From the NCBI GenBank assembly GCA_963771275.1, contig CAVYSW010000010.1:416001-480000 (forward strand): DNA of 64,000 nucleotides, in the 5' to 3' direction. Every line of letters starts with the position of its first letter. Position 1 is the stretch's first letter. Shown in pieces: positions 38,375 to 47,969 of the stretch. Below the pieces are notes generated by a model. That model did no database searches and was not told where the DNA came from. It saw nothing but the letters and a program-made list of their open reading frames with translations. Source of the DNA: an uncultured Gemmatimonadales bacterium. GTDB taxonomy: Bacteria > Gemmatimonadota > Gemmatimonadetes > Gemmatimonadales > GWC2-71-9. The position numbers and the translations under genes are program-made.

Positions 38375-40774
38375 ATGTCGCCGTCCTACGAGCCGTCCCG
38401 GCCGCTGCTCGGAGCCGCCGGACTGCTGTCGCTCTGGGTTGTGGTACTGGGGTGGCCCATGGCGCTCGGCAGGTGGCTCGTCGGACCGATGAGCGACCAA
38501 TACGTCGCGGGGTATGCGTTTCGCGAGTGGCTGGCGGAGCAGATCAAGACCACCGGTCACGTGCCGCTGTGGAATCCGGAGCTGTTTGGTGGCTTGCCGT
38601 TCGTGGCGGCCCAGCACGGCGACGTCTTCTACTGGACTTCCTGGTTCCGGCTGCTGCTCCCCACGGAAGTGGTGATGAACCTCGGCTTCGTGGTGCATTA
38701 CATCGCGGCCGGACTGCTGACCTACGGGCTCCTCCGGGCGCTGCGTGTGTCCTGGATCGGCGCGGTGGTCGGCGGCCTCGCCTACCAGCTTTCGGGATTG
38801 GTCGCGTCCTATCCGTCCCCGGGACACGACGGCAAGCTCTTCGTGACGGCGCTGCTGCCGGCCGCATTGCTCGCGCTCGTGCTCGCCCTCCGGTTCCGCA
38901 GGCTGGAGGGGCACGGTGTCCTGGCCGCCGTCGTGGGCCTCGCGCTGCTCAGTCCGCACTATCAGATGACGTATTACATGCTCATCGCCACCGGCCTGTT
39001 CGCCCTTTACCTGACGTTCGGGGATCCGGCGCCGGACGTCCCCGTTCGGAGCCGGTGGACCGGACTCGGGCTGGCCCTCGCGGCCGTGGGCTTGGGCTTC
39101 GGCATCGCGATGATCCAGGTCCTGCCATTCTACCAGTATCTGCCGTTCTCGCCGCGTGCCGAGGGGTACTACGGGTTCGAGGGCTCCACGTCGTACGCCG
39201 TGCCCTGGGTGCACGTCCCCGAGTTCTTTCTCGCGGGCTTCACGGGGACTTCGTTCCAGGGCACCTACTGGGGGAGCAATCCCGGCAAGCTGCACTCCGA
39301 GTACCTGGGGCTGCCGGTGGTCTTCCTCGCCGTCCTCGGAGCGATGTCCCGGGGGCGCCGCCGCCTCGTCCTGTGGCTGGGAGGGATCGGTCTGCTGTTT
39401 CTCCTGATCAGCCTCGGGGCCGCGACGCCATTCTACCGCGTCTGGTGGGCCGTGATGCCGTTCGTCAAGCAGACGCGCGCGCCGGGCATGGCGTTCTTTG
39501 TGGTCGCGCTGGTAACCGCCATGTTCGCCGCGTTCGGCGCTGAGCGGCTCGAGGCGGGTTTGGGCGCGCGGTTCGAGCGGATCTGCTGGGCTGTCGGCGG
39601 TGGCGTCGTTTTGCTGGCGCTCGCCGGAGCGGTGGGAGCGCTGGCCGAGCTGCTCGCGCAGGGAATCCAGCTCGCACAGGGCCGCCCGGTGGTGCAGGCC
39701 GCGGTTGCGGCGCAGGGCGCGATACGGCTGGGCGCGTTGCTCAGCGGCCTGGCGCTCTTGCTCCTCGGGATCGTGGCCTGGGTCTGGCGCACGCGACGCA
39801 TGCCGGCGGTCGGCCTGGTGGTCGCGCTTACCCTGGTGGCCGGCGCGGATCTCTGGAGCAACGCACGCCACTTCTGGAACTACATGGACGGGCCGCGCCA
39901 GGGCCTGTACGGCCGGGACGCCATCACCGACCATTTGAAAGCCACGCCGCTGCCGTACCGGGTCATCGACCTGACGGACACGGGCGCAGACGTGTACCCG
40001 GGATCCACGCTCATGGCGTTCGACATCCCCCAGATCCTGGGACACCACGGCAACCAGCTCGACGCGTTCAACAAGCTGCTCGGCGGGAAGAACCAGTGGA
40101 CCTACCTGCTCACCTCCCGCCGCCTCTGGGACCTGTTCGCGATCCAGTTCGTGCTCCTGCCAAGCGGGCCGGACCTAACCGGTCGGCTGCCGGCGTACGT
40201 CGACCTGCCGGCTGACTTCGATACCGTGATGGCGGACGTCGAAACCTCCGCAGGGGGGCGCGCAAGCCTGCTCGTACGGCGGACGTGGGTCCCGTACGCC
40301 CGGCTCGTGCCCGCAGCCGTGAAGGTGCCGGACGAGAACGCGATTCCCACCGTCGCCGATGCGCGCTCGCGCCTCGCGTTCGACCGCCTCGTGCTGCTGG
40401 CGCCGGAGGCCCCGGTGGAGCCGGCCCGCGTCGATTCCATGCCGGCACCGCTGGCCAACCGCGTCGTCGTGGAGGACTGGGGCCCGGGCCATATGAGCCT
40501 GCGCATCGAGCCCCGCACGACGGCCGACGCATTCGTGCTGGTAGCGGAGAACTATTATCCCGATTGGTGGGCGGAAGTGGACGGGAAGGTCGCTCCGGTC
40601 CTCAGAGGTGATGTCTCCCTCATCACCGTCCCCGTACCGGCCGGCGCCGAACGCGTACAGTTGGGCTACCGCTCGACCCGGTACGAGCAGGGCCGGACGA
40701 TCACGCTCGCGAGCCTGTCGCTCGTCGCGATCGTGCTCGTCGTCCCGCCTGTGCTGCGGAGGCGGCGTGGCTGA
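38375..40774 (+). CDS. YfhO-like polytopic membrane protein (putative GT-C glycosyltransferase)
   Basis: PLWNP.LFGGLPF, many TMs, C-terminal ENYYPDW.A.VDG. Confidence 0.78.
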   Translation: MSPSYEPSRPLLGAAGLLSLWVVVLGWPMALGRWLVGPMSDQYVAGYAFREWLAEQIKTTGHVPLWNPELFGGLPFVAAQHGDVFYWTSWFRLLLPTEVVMNLGFVVHYIAAGLLTYGLLRALRVSWIGAVVGGLAYQLSGLVASYPSPGHDGKLFVTALLPAALLALVLALRFRRLEGHGVLAAVVGLALLSPHYQMTYYMLIATGLFALYLTFGDPAPDVPVRSRWTGLGLALAAVGLGFGIAMIQVLPFYQYLPFSPRAEGYYGFEGSTSYAVPWVHVPEFFLAGFTGTSFQGTYWGSNPGKLHSEYLGLPVVFLAVLGAMSRGRRRLVLWLGGIGLLFLLISLGAATPFYRVWWAVMPFVKQTRAPGMAFFVVALVTAMFAAFGAERLEAGLGARFERICWAVGGGVVLLALAGAVGALAELLAQGIQLAQGRPVVQAAVAAQGAIRLGALLSGLALLLLGIVAWVWRTRRMPAVGLVVALTLVAGADLWSNARHFWNYMDGPRQGLYGRDAITDHLKATPLPYRVIDLTDTGADVYPGSTLMAFDIPQILGHHGNQLDAFNKLLGGKNQWTYLLTSRRLWDLFAIQFVLLPSGPDLTGRLPAYVDLPADFDTVMADVETSAGGRASLLVRRTWVPYARLVPAAVKVPDENAIPTVADARSRLAFDRLVLLAPEAPVEPARVDSMPAPLANRVVVEDWGPGHMSLRIEPRTTADAFVLVAENYYPDWWAEVDGKVAPVLRGDVSLITVPVPAGAERVQLGYRSTRYEQGRTITLASLSLVAIVLVVPPVLRRRRG

Positions 40775-41489
40775 GAGGGCGCTCGTCATCATCCCGACCT
40801 ACAACGAGATCAACAACATCCGGCGGATCGTGCCGCAGGTGTTGGAGCAGGATCCGCGGATCGAGGTGCTCGTCGTGGACGATGGGTCCCCCGACGGAAC
40901 CGGGGCCGCCGCCGACGAGCTGGCGCAGGCCGACGCGCGCGTGCACGCGCTGCATCGGGCGGGCAAGCTCGGCCTCGGGACGGCCTATCGAGCCGGCTTT
41001 CGGTGGGCCCTCGAGCACGACTACGAGTACGTATTCGAGATGGACTGCGACTTCTCGCATGATCCCAAGCACCTGCCGCAGTTTCTCGAGGCGGCTCAGA
41101 ACGCCGACCTGGTGCTCGGATCCAGGTACCTCCACGGGCGCGTGACCGTCGTCAACTGGCCGATGCCGCGCCTGCTGCTCAGCTACAGTGCCAACATCTA
41201 CGCGCGGGTCGTCACGGGCCTCCGGCTGTGCGATGCCACCGGCGGGTTCAAGTGCTTTCGCCGACGCGTGCTGGAGGCGATCGACCTCGAGGCCGTCGGG
41301 TCCAACGGCTATGCGTTTCAGATCGAGATGAGCTTCCGGGCCGCCCGGAAGAGATTCCGCATCGTGGAGATTCCTATCGTGTTCGTCGATCGGACGGACG
41401 GCGAGAGCAAGATGTCCCGCGCCATCGTGCGCGAAGCCATCTGGATGGTCTGGTGGCTGCGGCTCCAGGCCGTGCTGGGGCGGCTATGA
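40767..41489 (+). CDS. Polyprenol monophosphomannose synthase (DPM1-like GT2)
   Basis: IPTYNE, DDGSPDGTG, MDCDFSHDP and GYAFQIE motifs. Confidence 0.9.
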   Translation: MAERALVIIPTYNEINNIRRIVPQVLEQDPRIEVLVVDDGSPDGTGAAADELAQADARVHALHRAGKLGLGTAYRAGFRWALEHDYEYVFEMDCDFSHDPKHLPQFLEAAQNADLVLGSRYLHGRVTVVNWPMPRLLLSYSANIYARVVTGLRLCDATGGFKCFRRRVLEAIDLEAVGSNGYAFQIEMSFRAARKRFRIVEIPIVFVDRTDGESKMSRAIVREAIWMVWWLRLQAVLGRL

Positions 41490-42313
41490 GCGGCGACGTG
41501 TTCTTCAAGATGTCCGGCTCGGGGAACGATTTCGTATTCCTCGACGGACGGTGGACGACGGTGGAGGGCTGGACGCCGGACCGGATTCGGCTGGTCTGTG
41601 ACCGGCGGAACGGGGTGGGCGGCGACGGTCTGGTGCTGCTGACGCCCGGCAGCGCTCCTGGGAGAGTGCGGTTCCGGTACTTCAATAGCGACGGCAGTCG
41701 CGGAGCAATGTGCGGCAACGCCGCCCTGTGCGCGACGCGACTCGCAGTCCTCCTCGAGTTGGCTCCCCCCGATGCCGTGGAGCTGGAAACGGAAGCCGGA
41801 GTCGTCCGCTCGCGATGCGTGCCGGGGGGGGAGGAGCGCGCCGAGCTGGAGCTGCCCGATGTCCGGGAAACCCGCACCCCGGCGGTTGAGCTGGTCCCGG
41901 GGGAACGGCGAATCGGGTTTGCTTTGGTCGGTGTTCCCCACCTAGTAGTCCTGGTCGATACGCTTGAGTCGGTGAACCTGACCGAACGGGGCAGGGCGCT
42001 GCGCTTCCACCCGGCCGTGGCTCCGGACGGTGCCAACGTGAACTTCGTGTCTCGGACTGACGACGGTTGGGCGATGCGGACATACGAGCGGGGGGTCGAG
42101 GCGGAGACCCTCGCCTGCGGGACCGGGGCGGTAGCGTGCACGACGCTCCTGGGGGGCTGGGGGGAGGCCGGCGTTCCGCTGGATATGAAGACGCGCTCCG
42201 GGCGCCTCCTGTCGGTTTCGGGGCGGCTCGCTGCCGGCGGCGGCCTCACGAAACCGACCCTCGCAGGAGAGGGCAGGCTTGCCTTCAAAGGCGTTTTGGG
42301 GCCCCGCTTGTAG
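41486..42313 (+). CDS. dapF: Diaminopimelate epimerase
   Basis: GSGNDF, MCGNA and ERGVEAETLACGTG motifs. Confidence 0.95.
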   Translation: MSGDVFFKMSGSGNDFVFLDGRWTTVEGWTPDRIRLVCDRRNGVGGDGLVLLTPGSAPGRVRFRYFNSDGSRGAMCGNAALCATRLAVLLELAPPDAVELETEAGVVRSRCVPGGEERAELELPDVRETRTPAVELVPGERRIGFALVGVPHLVVLVDTLESVNLTERGRALRFHPAVAPDGANVNFVSRTDDGWAMRTYERGVEAETLACGTGAVACTTLLGGWGEAGVPLDMKTRSGRLLSVSGRLAAGGGLTKPTLAGEGRLAFKGVLGPRL

Positions 42314-42562
42314 GAAGCGACGCACCTGCCATGCCGGCACATAAGGGAGCGCGACGAGTGCCGGCCGAGCTCACAGTCGCCTGACTCCGTCCTATCCTGC
42401 TCGGCGTTCTCACCCAATAGGGCCACCACTCGTCCCACCCAGCCGGCTTGCCAGTGTAAGGTCTGCCTCATCGCCATGTCGGTCAGAAGTCATACACGGG
42501 AAAGCGCTTGCAGCGTGTCAGTCGGGCAGTAGCCGGCGTTATCAACACTGTGTTGGTGATAA

Positions 42563-42590
42563 GCTTAACATAACATATCTTATACGTAGT
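42563..42590 (-). other. dif: dif site (XerCD chromosome dimer resolution)
   Basis: Minus strand reads ACTACGTATAA-GATATG-TTATGTTAAGC: 11-6-11 layout with the conserved XerD arm TTATGTTAA; intergenic, at the strand switch. Confidence 0.88.
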
Positions 42591-42608
42591 ATACGACGCA
42601 TGACAGAA

Positions 42609-42637
42609 AGCGGGACGGGAATGGCTCCCGCCCCGCT
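42609..42637 (-). terminator. Intrinsic terminator of the TPR gene
   Basis: AGCGGGACGGGA/TCCCGCCCCGCT hairpin followed by a short T run on the minus strand. Confidence 0.55.
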
Positions 42638-42673
42638 CATCGAGCCGTTTCGCGGCCCGGCCGTCCGAACCGA

Positions 42674-43351
42674 TCAGTCGCTTGCGCCAAATCGGCCGAG
42701 TTCGCCCAGCCGCAATTCTGCCTCGGTTGCGATCGGCGTGTCGGGGTGGTCACCGAGCGCCTTCTGATAGACGCTTGCGGCCGCCGCCGTGTCGCCCGCG
42801 AGCGAGTAGGCGCGACCCGCGCTCAGCAGCATCTGCCCGCTCACGAGTGCATACGGCGAGGCCTTGGCGGCCTGCTCATACGCATTACCCGCGGACTTGA
42901 AGTCCCTTGTCTGTTCGAGCGCCGATCCCAGAAGCCCGTATGCCTGAGCCTTGTAGTGTGACTGCGGGCCCTTGGCAATGAACTGCTGAAGCTCCGACAC
43001 CGCTAGTGTGGGCTGCCCTTGCAGAAGGCGAACCTGGCCGCGTAGCAGGCTCGCCTGGTTGCCGGCCGCCGTCCCGCCGTAGTTGTCGACGATCCGGGAC
43101 AGGTCGCTGGCCGCGAGCGGCAGGTTCCCAGCCTCCGCGGACGCCCTGGCCTGGTCGAGCTCTCGCTCCGCGAACGTCTCCTTCCTCGCCCGGGCCGCCA
43201 TGATGAACCAGACTCCCGCAGCGACGACCAACACCGCCGAACCCGCGATGGTGAGGTTACGACTGTTGGCCTTTGCCCAGACAACTAGACGCTCGACCCG
43301 CTCAGTCTCTGGTGGGGTCGCACCCACCGGCTTCGTTTCGTTGGCCACCAC
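42674..43351 (-). CDS. Membrane-anchored TPR protein (YfgM-like)
   Basis: One N-terminal TM followed by helical TPR-like repeats. Confidence 0.75.
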   Translation of the reverse strand: MVANETKPVGATPPETERVERLVVWAKANSRNLTIAGSAVLVVAAGVWFIMAARARKETFAERELDQARASAEAGNLPLAASDLSRIVDNYGGTAAGNQASLLRGQVRLLQGQPTLAVSELQQFIAKGPQSHYKAQAYGLLGSALEQTRDFKSAGNAYEQAAKASPYALVSGQMLLSAGRAYSLAGDTAAAASVYQKALGDHPDTPIATEAELRLGELGRFGASD

Positions 43352-43410
43352 GTACCACCTAACTAGTTGAGATTAAACTACTTATCCATGATGTTGACGA
43401 TGCCGGCGAA

Positions 43411-43483
43411 TGCCCCTGGGGTGACTCGAACACCCGGCCAACGGTTTAGGAAACCGCTGCTCTGTCCACTGAGCTACAGGGGC
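43411..43483 (-). tRNA. tRNA-Arg(CCT)
   Basis: GCCCCTG/CAGGGGC acceptor stem, anticodon loop TT-CCT-AA, TTCGAGT T-loop; CCA not encoded. Confidence 0.95.
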
Positions 43484-43666
43484 GCACGAACCGCAGCCCA
43501 CCTCGAGCCCCGATGGTCGCAAGTGCGAATGGTAGAGGCCCCGCCGACCTGTCCTGCCCCACCTCGCCAACGTAACCACGAACGACGCCGCCCTACTGCT
43601 TGCACGCTTCTGCCTTGACCTCGAACACGTCTCAACTGTCAACCGGGTTTCAGCACAGCGTGCTAA

Positions 43667-43960
43667 CTACTTAATTTGGAAGCTGTTGTACTCAACATCT
43701 TCATGTGGAATATCCAGCTTCTCAACAGTGTCAACACGGGCGAACCTCGGCCCAATCTGGAGCTGGCGGTCGAGCTGCTCAAGAGCGACCCCCAAGCCTC
43801 GGGCCACTACCTCGACCCGCCCGTCTGGCAGGTTCCTGGTCCACCCCACCAAGCCCAGCGGCTCTGCGTGACGGAGCACGAACCAGCGGAACCCAACCCC
43901 CTGCACCCGCCCAGAGACGAGCCATCGGGTGGCGGCTACATCACCGGGATGAGCCACCAC
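43667..43960 (-). CDS. acyP: Acylphosphatase
   Basis: [10 protein letters not shown] and [12 protein letters not shown] motifs; start uncertain. Confidence 0.92.
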   Translation of the reverse strand: MVAHPGDVAATRWLVSGRVQGVGFRWFVLRHAEPLGLVGWTRNLPDGRVEVVARGLGVALEQLDRQLQIGPRFARVDTVEKLDIPHEDVEYNSFQIK

Positions 43961-44606
43961 GCAACCGTCGTCCGCGCTGGAAGAGGACATAGGCGACTAC
44001 CACAGCCAGGACGAACGGGGCCAGAACCAGAAGCGCCCGGCGAACGTAGGCGTGTACCTCCGCCGTTGGCAACTGCCCCAACGCCGCCGCTCGGAGACCG
44101 ATGTACCAGCCCACCCAGGTGAGGATCGCGCACCAGATTCCGGCCCCAAGAGCGGTGTACACCGCGAACCGTCCGAGCTCCATGCGCGCGAGGCCCGCCG
44201 GAAGGGAAATGTACTGCCGGATCACGGGAATCAGCCTCCCGACGAAGGTGCTGATCTCGCCGTGCCGCCGGAAGAACGCCTCGGCCCGATCGAGCGTCGC
44301 CTCCTTGATGAGCAGGTACCTGCCGTATCGGTGCAGCAGCGGTCGCCCCAGCCGGACCGCCACGGCGTAGTTGAACAGCGCGCCAGCCACGCTTCCCGCG
44401 ATCCCGGCGGCGAGGGCGAACCATGCGTTCATTCTTCCCTGAGCCGCGAGGTATCCCGCGGGCGGCAGCACCACCTCGCTGGGGAACGGGAAGAAGGACG
44501 ATTCAAGCGCCATGAGCACGGCAATGCCGGGATATCCCAAGGCGAAGATGGTATCGGTGATCCAGGTGACGGCCAGCCTGAACCACTCTGCGATGGTCTC
44601 GGTCAT
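43941..44606 (-). CDS. DedA family membrane protein
   Basis: [13 protein letters not shown] and [16 protein letters not shown] motifs. Confidence 0.92.
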   Translation of the reverse strand: MTETIAEWFRLAVTWITDTIFALGYPGIAVLMALESSFFPFPSEVVLPPAGYLAAQGRMNAWFALAAGIAGSVAGALFNYAVAVRLGRPLLHRYGRYLLIKEATLDRAEAFFRRHGEISTFVGRLIPVIRQYISLPAGLARMELGRFAVYTALGAGIWCAILTWVGWYIGLRAAALGQLPTAEVHAYVRRALLVLAPFVLAVVVAYVLFQRGRRLRGGSSR

Positions 44607-45280
44607 TGCTCGGTGGGGTCGCCGTCGGGGTAGCCGTGGCGCCCGATCAGTGGCACGAACTGGGCGCTGCCCAACTGCTCCTGTTCGAATGTGTCGCCGC
44701 GTCGCACCACGCGCACGAGTACCTGCCCGTGCGCCCGCGCTACCGGGGCTACGAGCCGTCCACCCTCGCCCAGTTGCTCGAGCAACGCCCCCGGAATCCG
44801 CGGGCCGGCAGCGGCCACCAGGACGGCGTCGTACGGCGCGTTTCCCCGCCAGCCGAGCGTGCCATCCCCAGTCACGACGAGCACGTTGGCGACGCCGGCG
44901 GCCCGGAGCGAGGCGCGGGCGGCGGCGGCGAGTGCGGGAATCCGCTCGACGCTCACCACGTGATCGGCGAGCAACGAGAGCAGGGCGGTCTGGTAACCGG
45001 ACCCCGTCCCGATCTCGAGCACTCGTTCCGTCCCCTTGAAGGCGAGCGCTTCGAGATAGAACGCCTGGGTCGACGGCTGGGAGATGGTCTGGCCACTCCC
45101 GATCGGAAGCGAGGTATCCTCGTACGCCTGGCGCTCGAGTGCCGCCGGGACGAACAGATGCCGTGGGATCTCGCCGAAGGCCCGCAGGACCGCGAGGTCG
45201 CGGACTCCCTTTGCGCGCAGGTCCTCCACGAGCCGTGCCCGGTAGCCGCCGTAGCTGTCGCCTACTCGCCGAGTCGCCAT
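44603..45280 (-). CDS. pcm: Protein-L-isoaspartate O-methyltransferase
   Basis: [18 protein letters not shown] and FVPLIG motifs. Confidence 0.96.
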   Translation of the reverse strand: MATRRVGDSYGGYRARLVEDLRAKGVRDLAVLRAFGEIPRHLFVPAALERQAYEDTSLPIGSGQTISQPSTQAFYLEALAFKGTERVLEIGTGSGYQTALLSLLADHVVSVERIPALAAAARASLRAAGVANVLVVTGDGTLGWRGNAPYDAVLVAAAGPRIPGALLEQLGEGGRLVAPVARAHGQVLVRVVRRGDTFEQEQLGSAQFVPLIGRHGYPDGDPTEQ

Positions 45281-46011
45281 GCTCCCACCGCCTCGAGCAG
45301 CGCGTAGTTGGTGAGATCGAGGTGCAACGGGGTGACCGATATGAACCCTTCCCGCACGGCACGGAAGTCGGAATCCTCTCTGCCCGACCAGGAGATGTGG
45401 CCCCCACCGACCCAGTAGACCGGCCGCCCCCAGGGATCCTCACCCCGGAGAATCGATCCTTCGAACGCGCGACTCCCGAGTGTCGTCACCCGGATCCCAC
45501 GAATCTCCTCACCCGGAATCGGCGGGAGGTTCACATTGAGCAGCGTTGCATCCGGAAAGCCGTGGACTTCCACGATGTCACGCACCAGCCGTTCGAGCCA
45601 CCCTCGGTGCGTATCCAGCAGCTCGATCTCCTGGCCGGCGAACGAAACGGCGACCCCCGGGATTCCCGCGGAGAGTCCCTCCATCGCGGCGGCCACCGTC
45701 CCCGAATACAGGACGTCCTCACCCATGTTCGGGCCGTGATTGATGCCCGAGAACAGGAAATCGGGTTTTTCCTCGAGCAACGCGCCCAGCGCCAGCAGCA
45801 CGCAGTCGGTCGGTGTACCGTCCACCTGGTAGGCGTCGGCACCGCGCCGGACGGGTCGCAGCGGCCGTTGCAGGGTGAGCGAGTGGCTGGCGCCACTCTG
45901 TTCCCGGTCCGGAGCCACGACGGTCACGTGGCCGACCGCGCGACACACGTCGGCGAGCAACCCGATGCCGTGCGCCAGGATGCCGTCGTCGTTACTGACC
46001 AGGATGTGCAA
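45262..46011 (-). CDS. surE: 5'/3'-nucleotidase SurE
   Basis: [20 protein letters not shown] and YSGTVAAA motifs. Confidence 0.97.
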   Translation of the reverse strand: MHILVSNDDGILAHGIGLLADVCRAVGHVTVVAPDREQSGASHSLTLQRPLRPVRRGADAYQVDGTPTDCVLLALGALLEEKPDFLFSGINHGPNMGEDVLYSGTVAAAMEGLSAGIPGVAVSFAGQEIELLDTHRGWLERLVRDIVEVHGFPDATLLNVNLPPIPGEEIRGIRVTTLGSRAFEGSILRGEDPWGRPVYWVGGGHISWSGREDSDFRAVREGFISVTPLHLDLTNYALLEAVGAWRLGE

Positions 46012-46375
46012 GGAGCTTCTTGCCGTCGAGGAGATCCAGGATCTGGCGCAGCTCGGTGCGCAGGTTCTGAACCGTCTCGTGCTGCAGGGCGAGCCGCGCC
46101 TCGGATTTCAGGACGCCGGTCCGTCGGTAGTGATCGATCCGCTGGCGCGCACCCTCGATCGTGTATTTCTCGGTGTACAGGAGGTGCTTCACCAGCATGA
46201 TCAGCTCGATCTCGCGCCGCTGATACACGCGGTTCCCCGAGCGGTTCTTGGCTGGGTTGAGGAACCGGAACTGGCTTTCCCAGTACCGCAGCACGTGCGG
46301 TTTGAGGTCCGTCAGCTGACAGACATCGCCGATGGCGAAGAACTCTTGCACCGGTCGGGAGGCGGTCACCGCCAT
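45992..46375 (-). CDS. MerR family transcriptional regulator
   Basis: IGDV...KPHVLRYWE..F..L.P.K..SG.R.Y; YTIEGA. Confidence 0.92.
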   Translation of the reverse strand: MAVTASRPVQEFFAIGDVCQLTDLKPHVLRYWESQFRFLNPAKNRSGNRVYQRREIELIMLVKHLLYTEKYTIEGARQRIDHYRRTGVLKSEARLALQHETVQNLRTELRQILDLLDGKKLLAHPGQ

Positions 46376-47364
46376 TGCTCCGCTTTGAGCGTGCGCTCCA
46401 TCAGGTCCGCGATCGCCTGCCGCGGAGCCTTGCCCTCGAACAGCACGCGCTCGACCTCGCGCGTGATCGGCAGCTCGACGCCGGTCTGATCGGCCAGCGC
46501 CACCGCCGCGCGGGCCGTGTTCACGCCTTCGGCCACCGTGCGCCGCTCCGCCAGCAGCTCCGCCAGCCCCCGGCCCTTCCCCAGCTCGATCCCGAGCGCG
46601 CGATTGCGGCTCAAGGTCCCGGTCGTCGTGAGCAGCAGGTCGCCCATGCCGGCCAGGCCCGCGAACGTCAGCGGATCGGCGCCCAGCGCGACACCGAGCC
46701 GGGCAATCTCGGCGAGTCCCCGCGTGATCAGGGCTGCCTGGGTGTTGAATCCCAGGCCGGCGCCGACGAGGATCCCTGACGCCAGGGCGATCACGTTCTT
46801 GAGCGCTCCGCCCAGCTGCACCCCGATCATGTCGTGCGACCAATACACCCGGAAGTAGCGGGTGGCGAATGCCGCCTGCACCCGCTGTGCCACCTCGGCG
46901 TCCCCGGCCGCCGTGACGACGGCCGTCGGCAGCTGGGCGTAGACCTCGCGCGCGAAGCTCGGCCCCGACAGCACCGCGATCGGGCAGTCGGGCAGCGCCG
47001 CGGCGAGCGCGTCGCTTAGCATGCGGTGCGTCTCGGGCTCCAGCCCCTTGGACACGCTCACCACGAGCGGCCGTCGTCCCGGAATCGCGGCGGCGACGGC
47101 CTGAGCCGTCGTGCGCACGGCGTGCGACGGCGTGGCCGACACGATCATCTCGGCCTCACCGACCGCGTCGGGGATCGTGTCGCGTGCCGTGACCCCATCA
47201 TGGAGCGGCGCGTCCGCGAGAAACATGTCGTTCACGTGCCGCGCGTTGACGGAGGCCACGACCTCGGGCTCGCGCGCCCAGAGCGCCACCCGGTGCCCGT
47301 TCCGGGCGAGCAGGTCGGCCAGGGTCGTTCCCCAGCTCCCCGCCCCGATGACTGCGACCTTCAC
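46366..47364 (-). CDS. gpsA: NAD(P)H-dependent glycerol-3-phosphate dehydrogenase
   Basis: GAGSWG, SKG, LSGPSFA, GGALKNV and GDL..T..SRN motifs. Confidence 0.96.
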   Translation of the reverse strand: MKVAVIGAGSWGTTLADLLARNGHRVALWAREPEVVASVNARHVNDMFLADAPLHDGVTARDTIPDAVGEAEMIVSATPSHAVRTTAQAVAAAIPGRRPLVVSVSKGLEPETHRMLSDALAAALPDCPIAVLSGPSFAREVYAQLPTAVVTAAGDAEVAQRVQAAFATRYFRVYWSHDMIGVQLGGALKNVIALASGILVGAGLGFNTQAALITRGLAEIARLGVALGADPLTFAGLAGMGDLLLTTTGTLSRNRALGIELGKGRGLAELLAERRTVAEGVNTARAAVALADQTGVELPITREVERVLFEGKAPRQAIADLMERTLKAEQWR

Positions 47365-47969
47365 GTCGCGCTCCGATGCCGCTTGCCGAAGCGGTTCTCG
47401 GTGCCGGCCAGCAGGCGTCCAATGTTGGCACGGTGCGTGAACACGATGAAGGCCGCGATCAGCCCACCGACCGGCACCACGTACGGATTGGGGGTGCCGA
47501 GGGCCCAGGCGGCGACCGGGAACGCCACGGCCCCGGTGATCGAGGCCAGCGACATGTAGCCCGTGCTTCGCAGCAAGGCGGCCCAGGCCACTGCGGCGAC
47601 GAGCAGTGGAACCGGTGCCAATGCCAGTACGACACCCGCAGAGGTCGCCACGCCCTTCCCGCCGCGGAACCGCACGAACACCGAGAACACGTGGCCGAGG
47701 ATGGCAGCCGTCCCGACGGCGAGCGGGATCCAGTCGCCGGATCCGACGCGCGGCGGGAGCAGCAGGGTTGGCGCAGTCCCCTTCGCGATATCGAACGCGC
47801 CCACCGGGATCGCATAGCGCCACCCGAGCACGCGGTAGAGGTTGGTCGCCCCTAGGTTCCTGCTGCCGCGCTCCCGCAGGTCGATGCCGGCGCCAAGCTT
47901 GGCCGCGATCCAGCTGGTGGGTATCGCGCCGAGCAAGTAGGCGCCAAGCAACGCGGCGACCAGCGTCAC
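47361..47969 (-). CDS. plsY: Glycerol-3-phosphate acyltransferase
   Basis: GSRNLGATN, FRGGKGVAT and HRANI.RL motifs. Confidence 0.96.
   Translation of the reverse strand: MTLVAALLGAYLLGAIPTSWIAAKLGAGIDLRERGSRNLGATNLYRVLGWRYAIPVGAFDIAKGTAPTLLLPPRVGSGDWIPLAVGTAAILGHVFSVFVRFRGGKGVATSAGVVLALAPVPLLVAAVAWAALLRSTGYMSLASITGAVAFPVAAWALGTPNPYVVPVGGLIAAFIVFTHRANIGRLLAGTENRFGKRHRSAT

Noticed and set aside
42314..42540. ncRNA or small gene in the dapF-dif gap
   Set aside because: No recognisable RNA family, and the ORF crossing it (41374-42477, minus) is an antisense shadow of dapF.
43360..43385. AT-rich imperfect palindrome TAACTAGTT-N7-AACTACTTA near the tRNA-Arg 3' end as an attachment site
   Set aside because: No duplicated tRNA 3' end and no integrase; it resembles a generic IHF-like site, with a similar half-site near 21206-21218.
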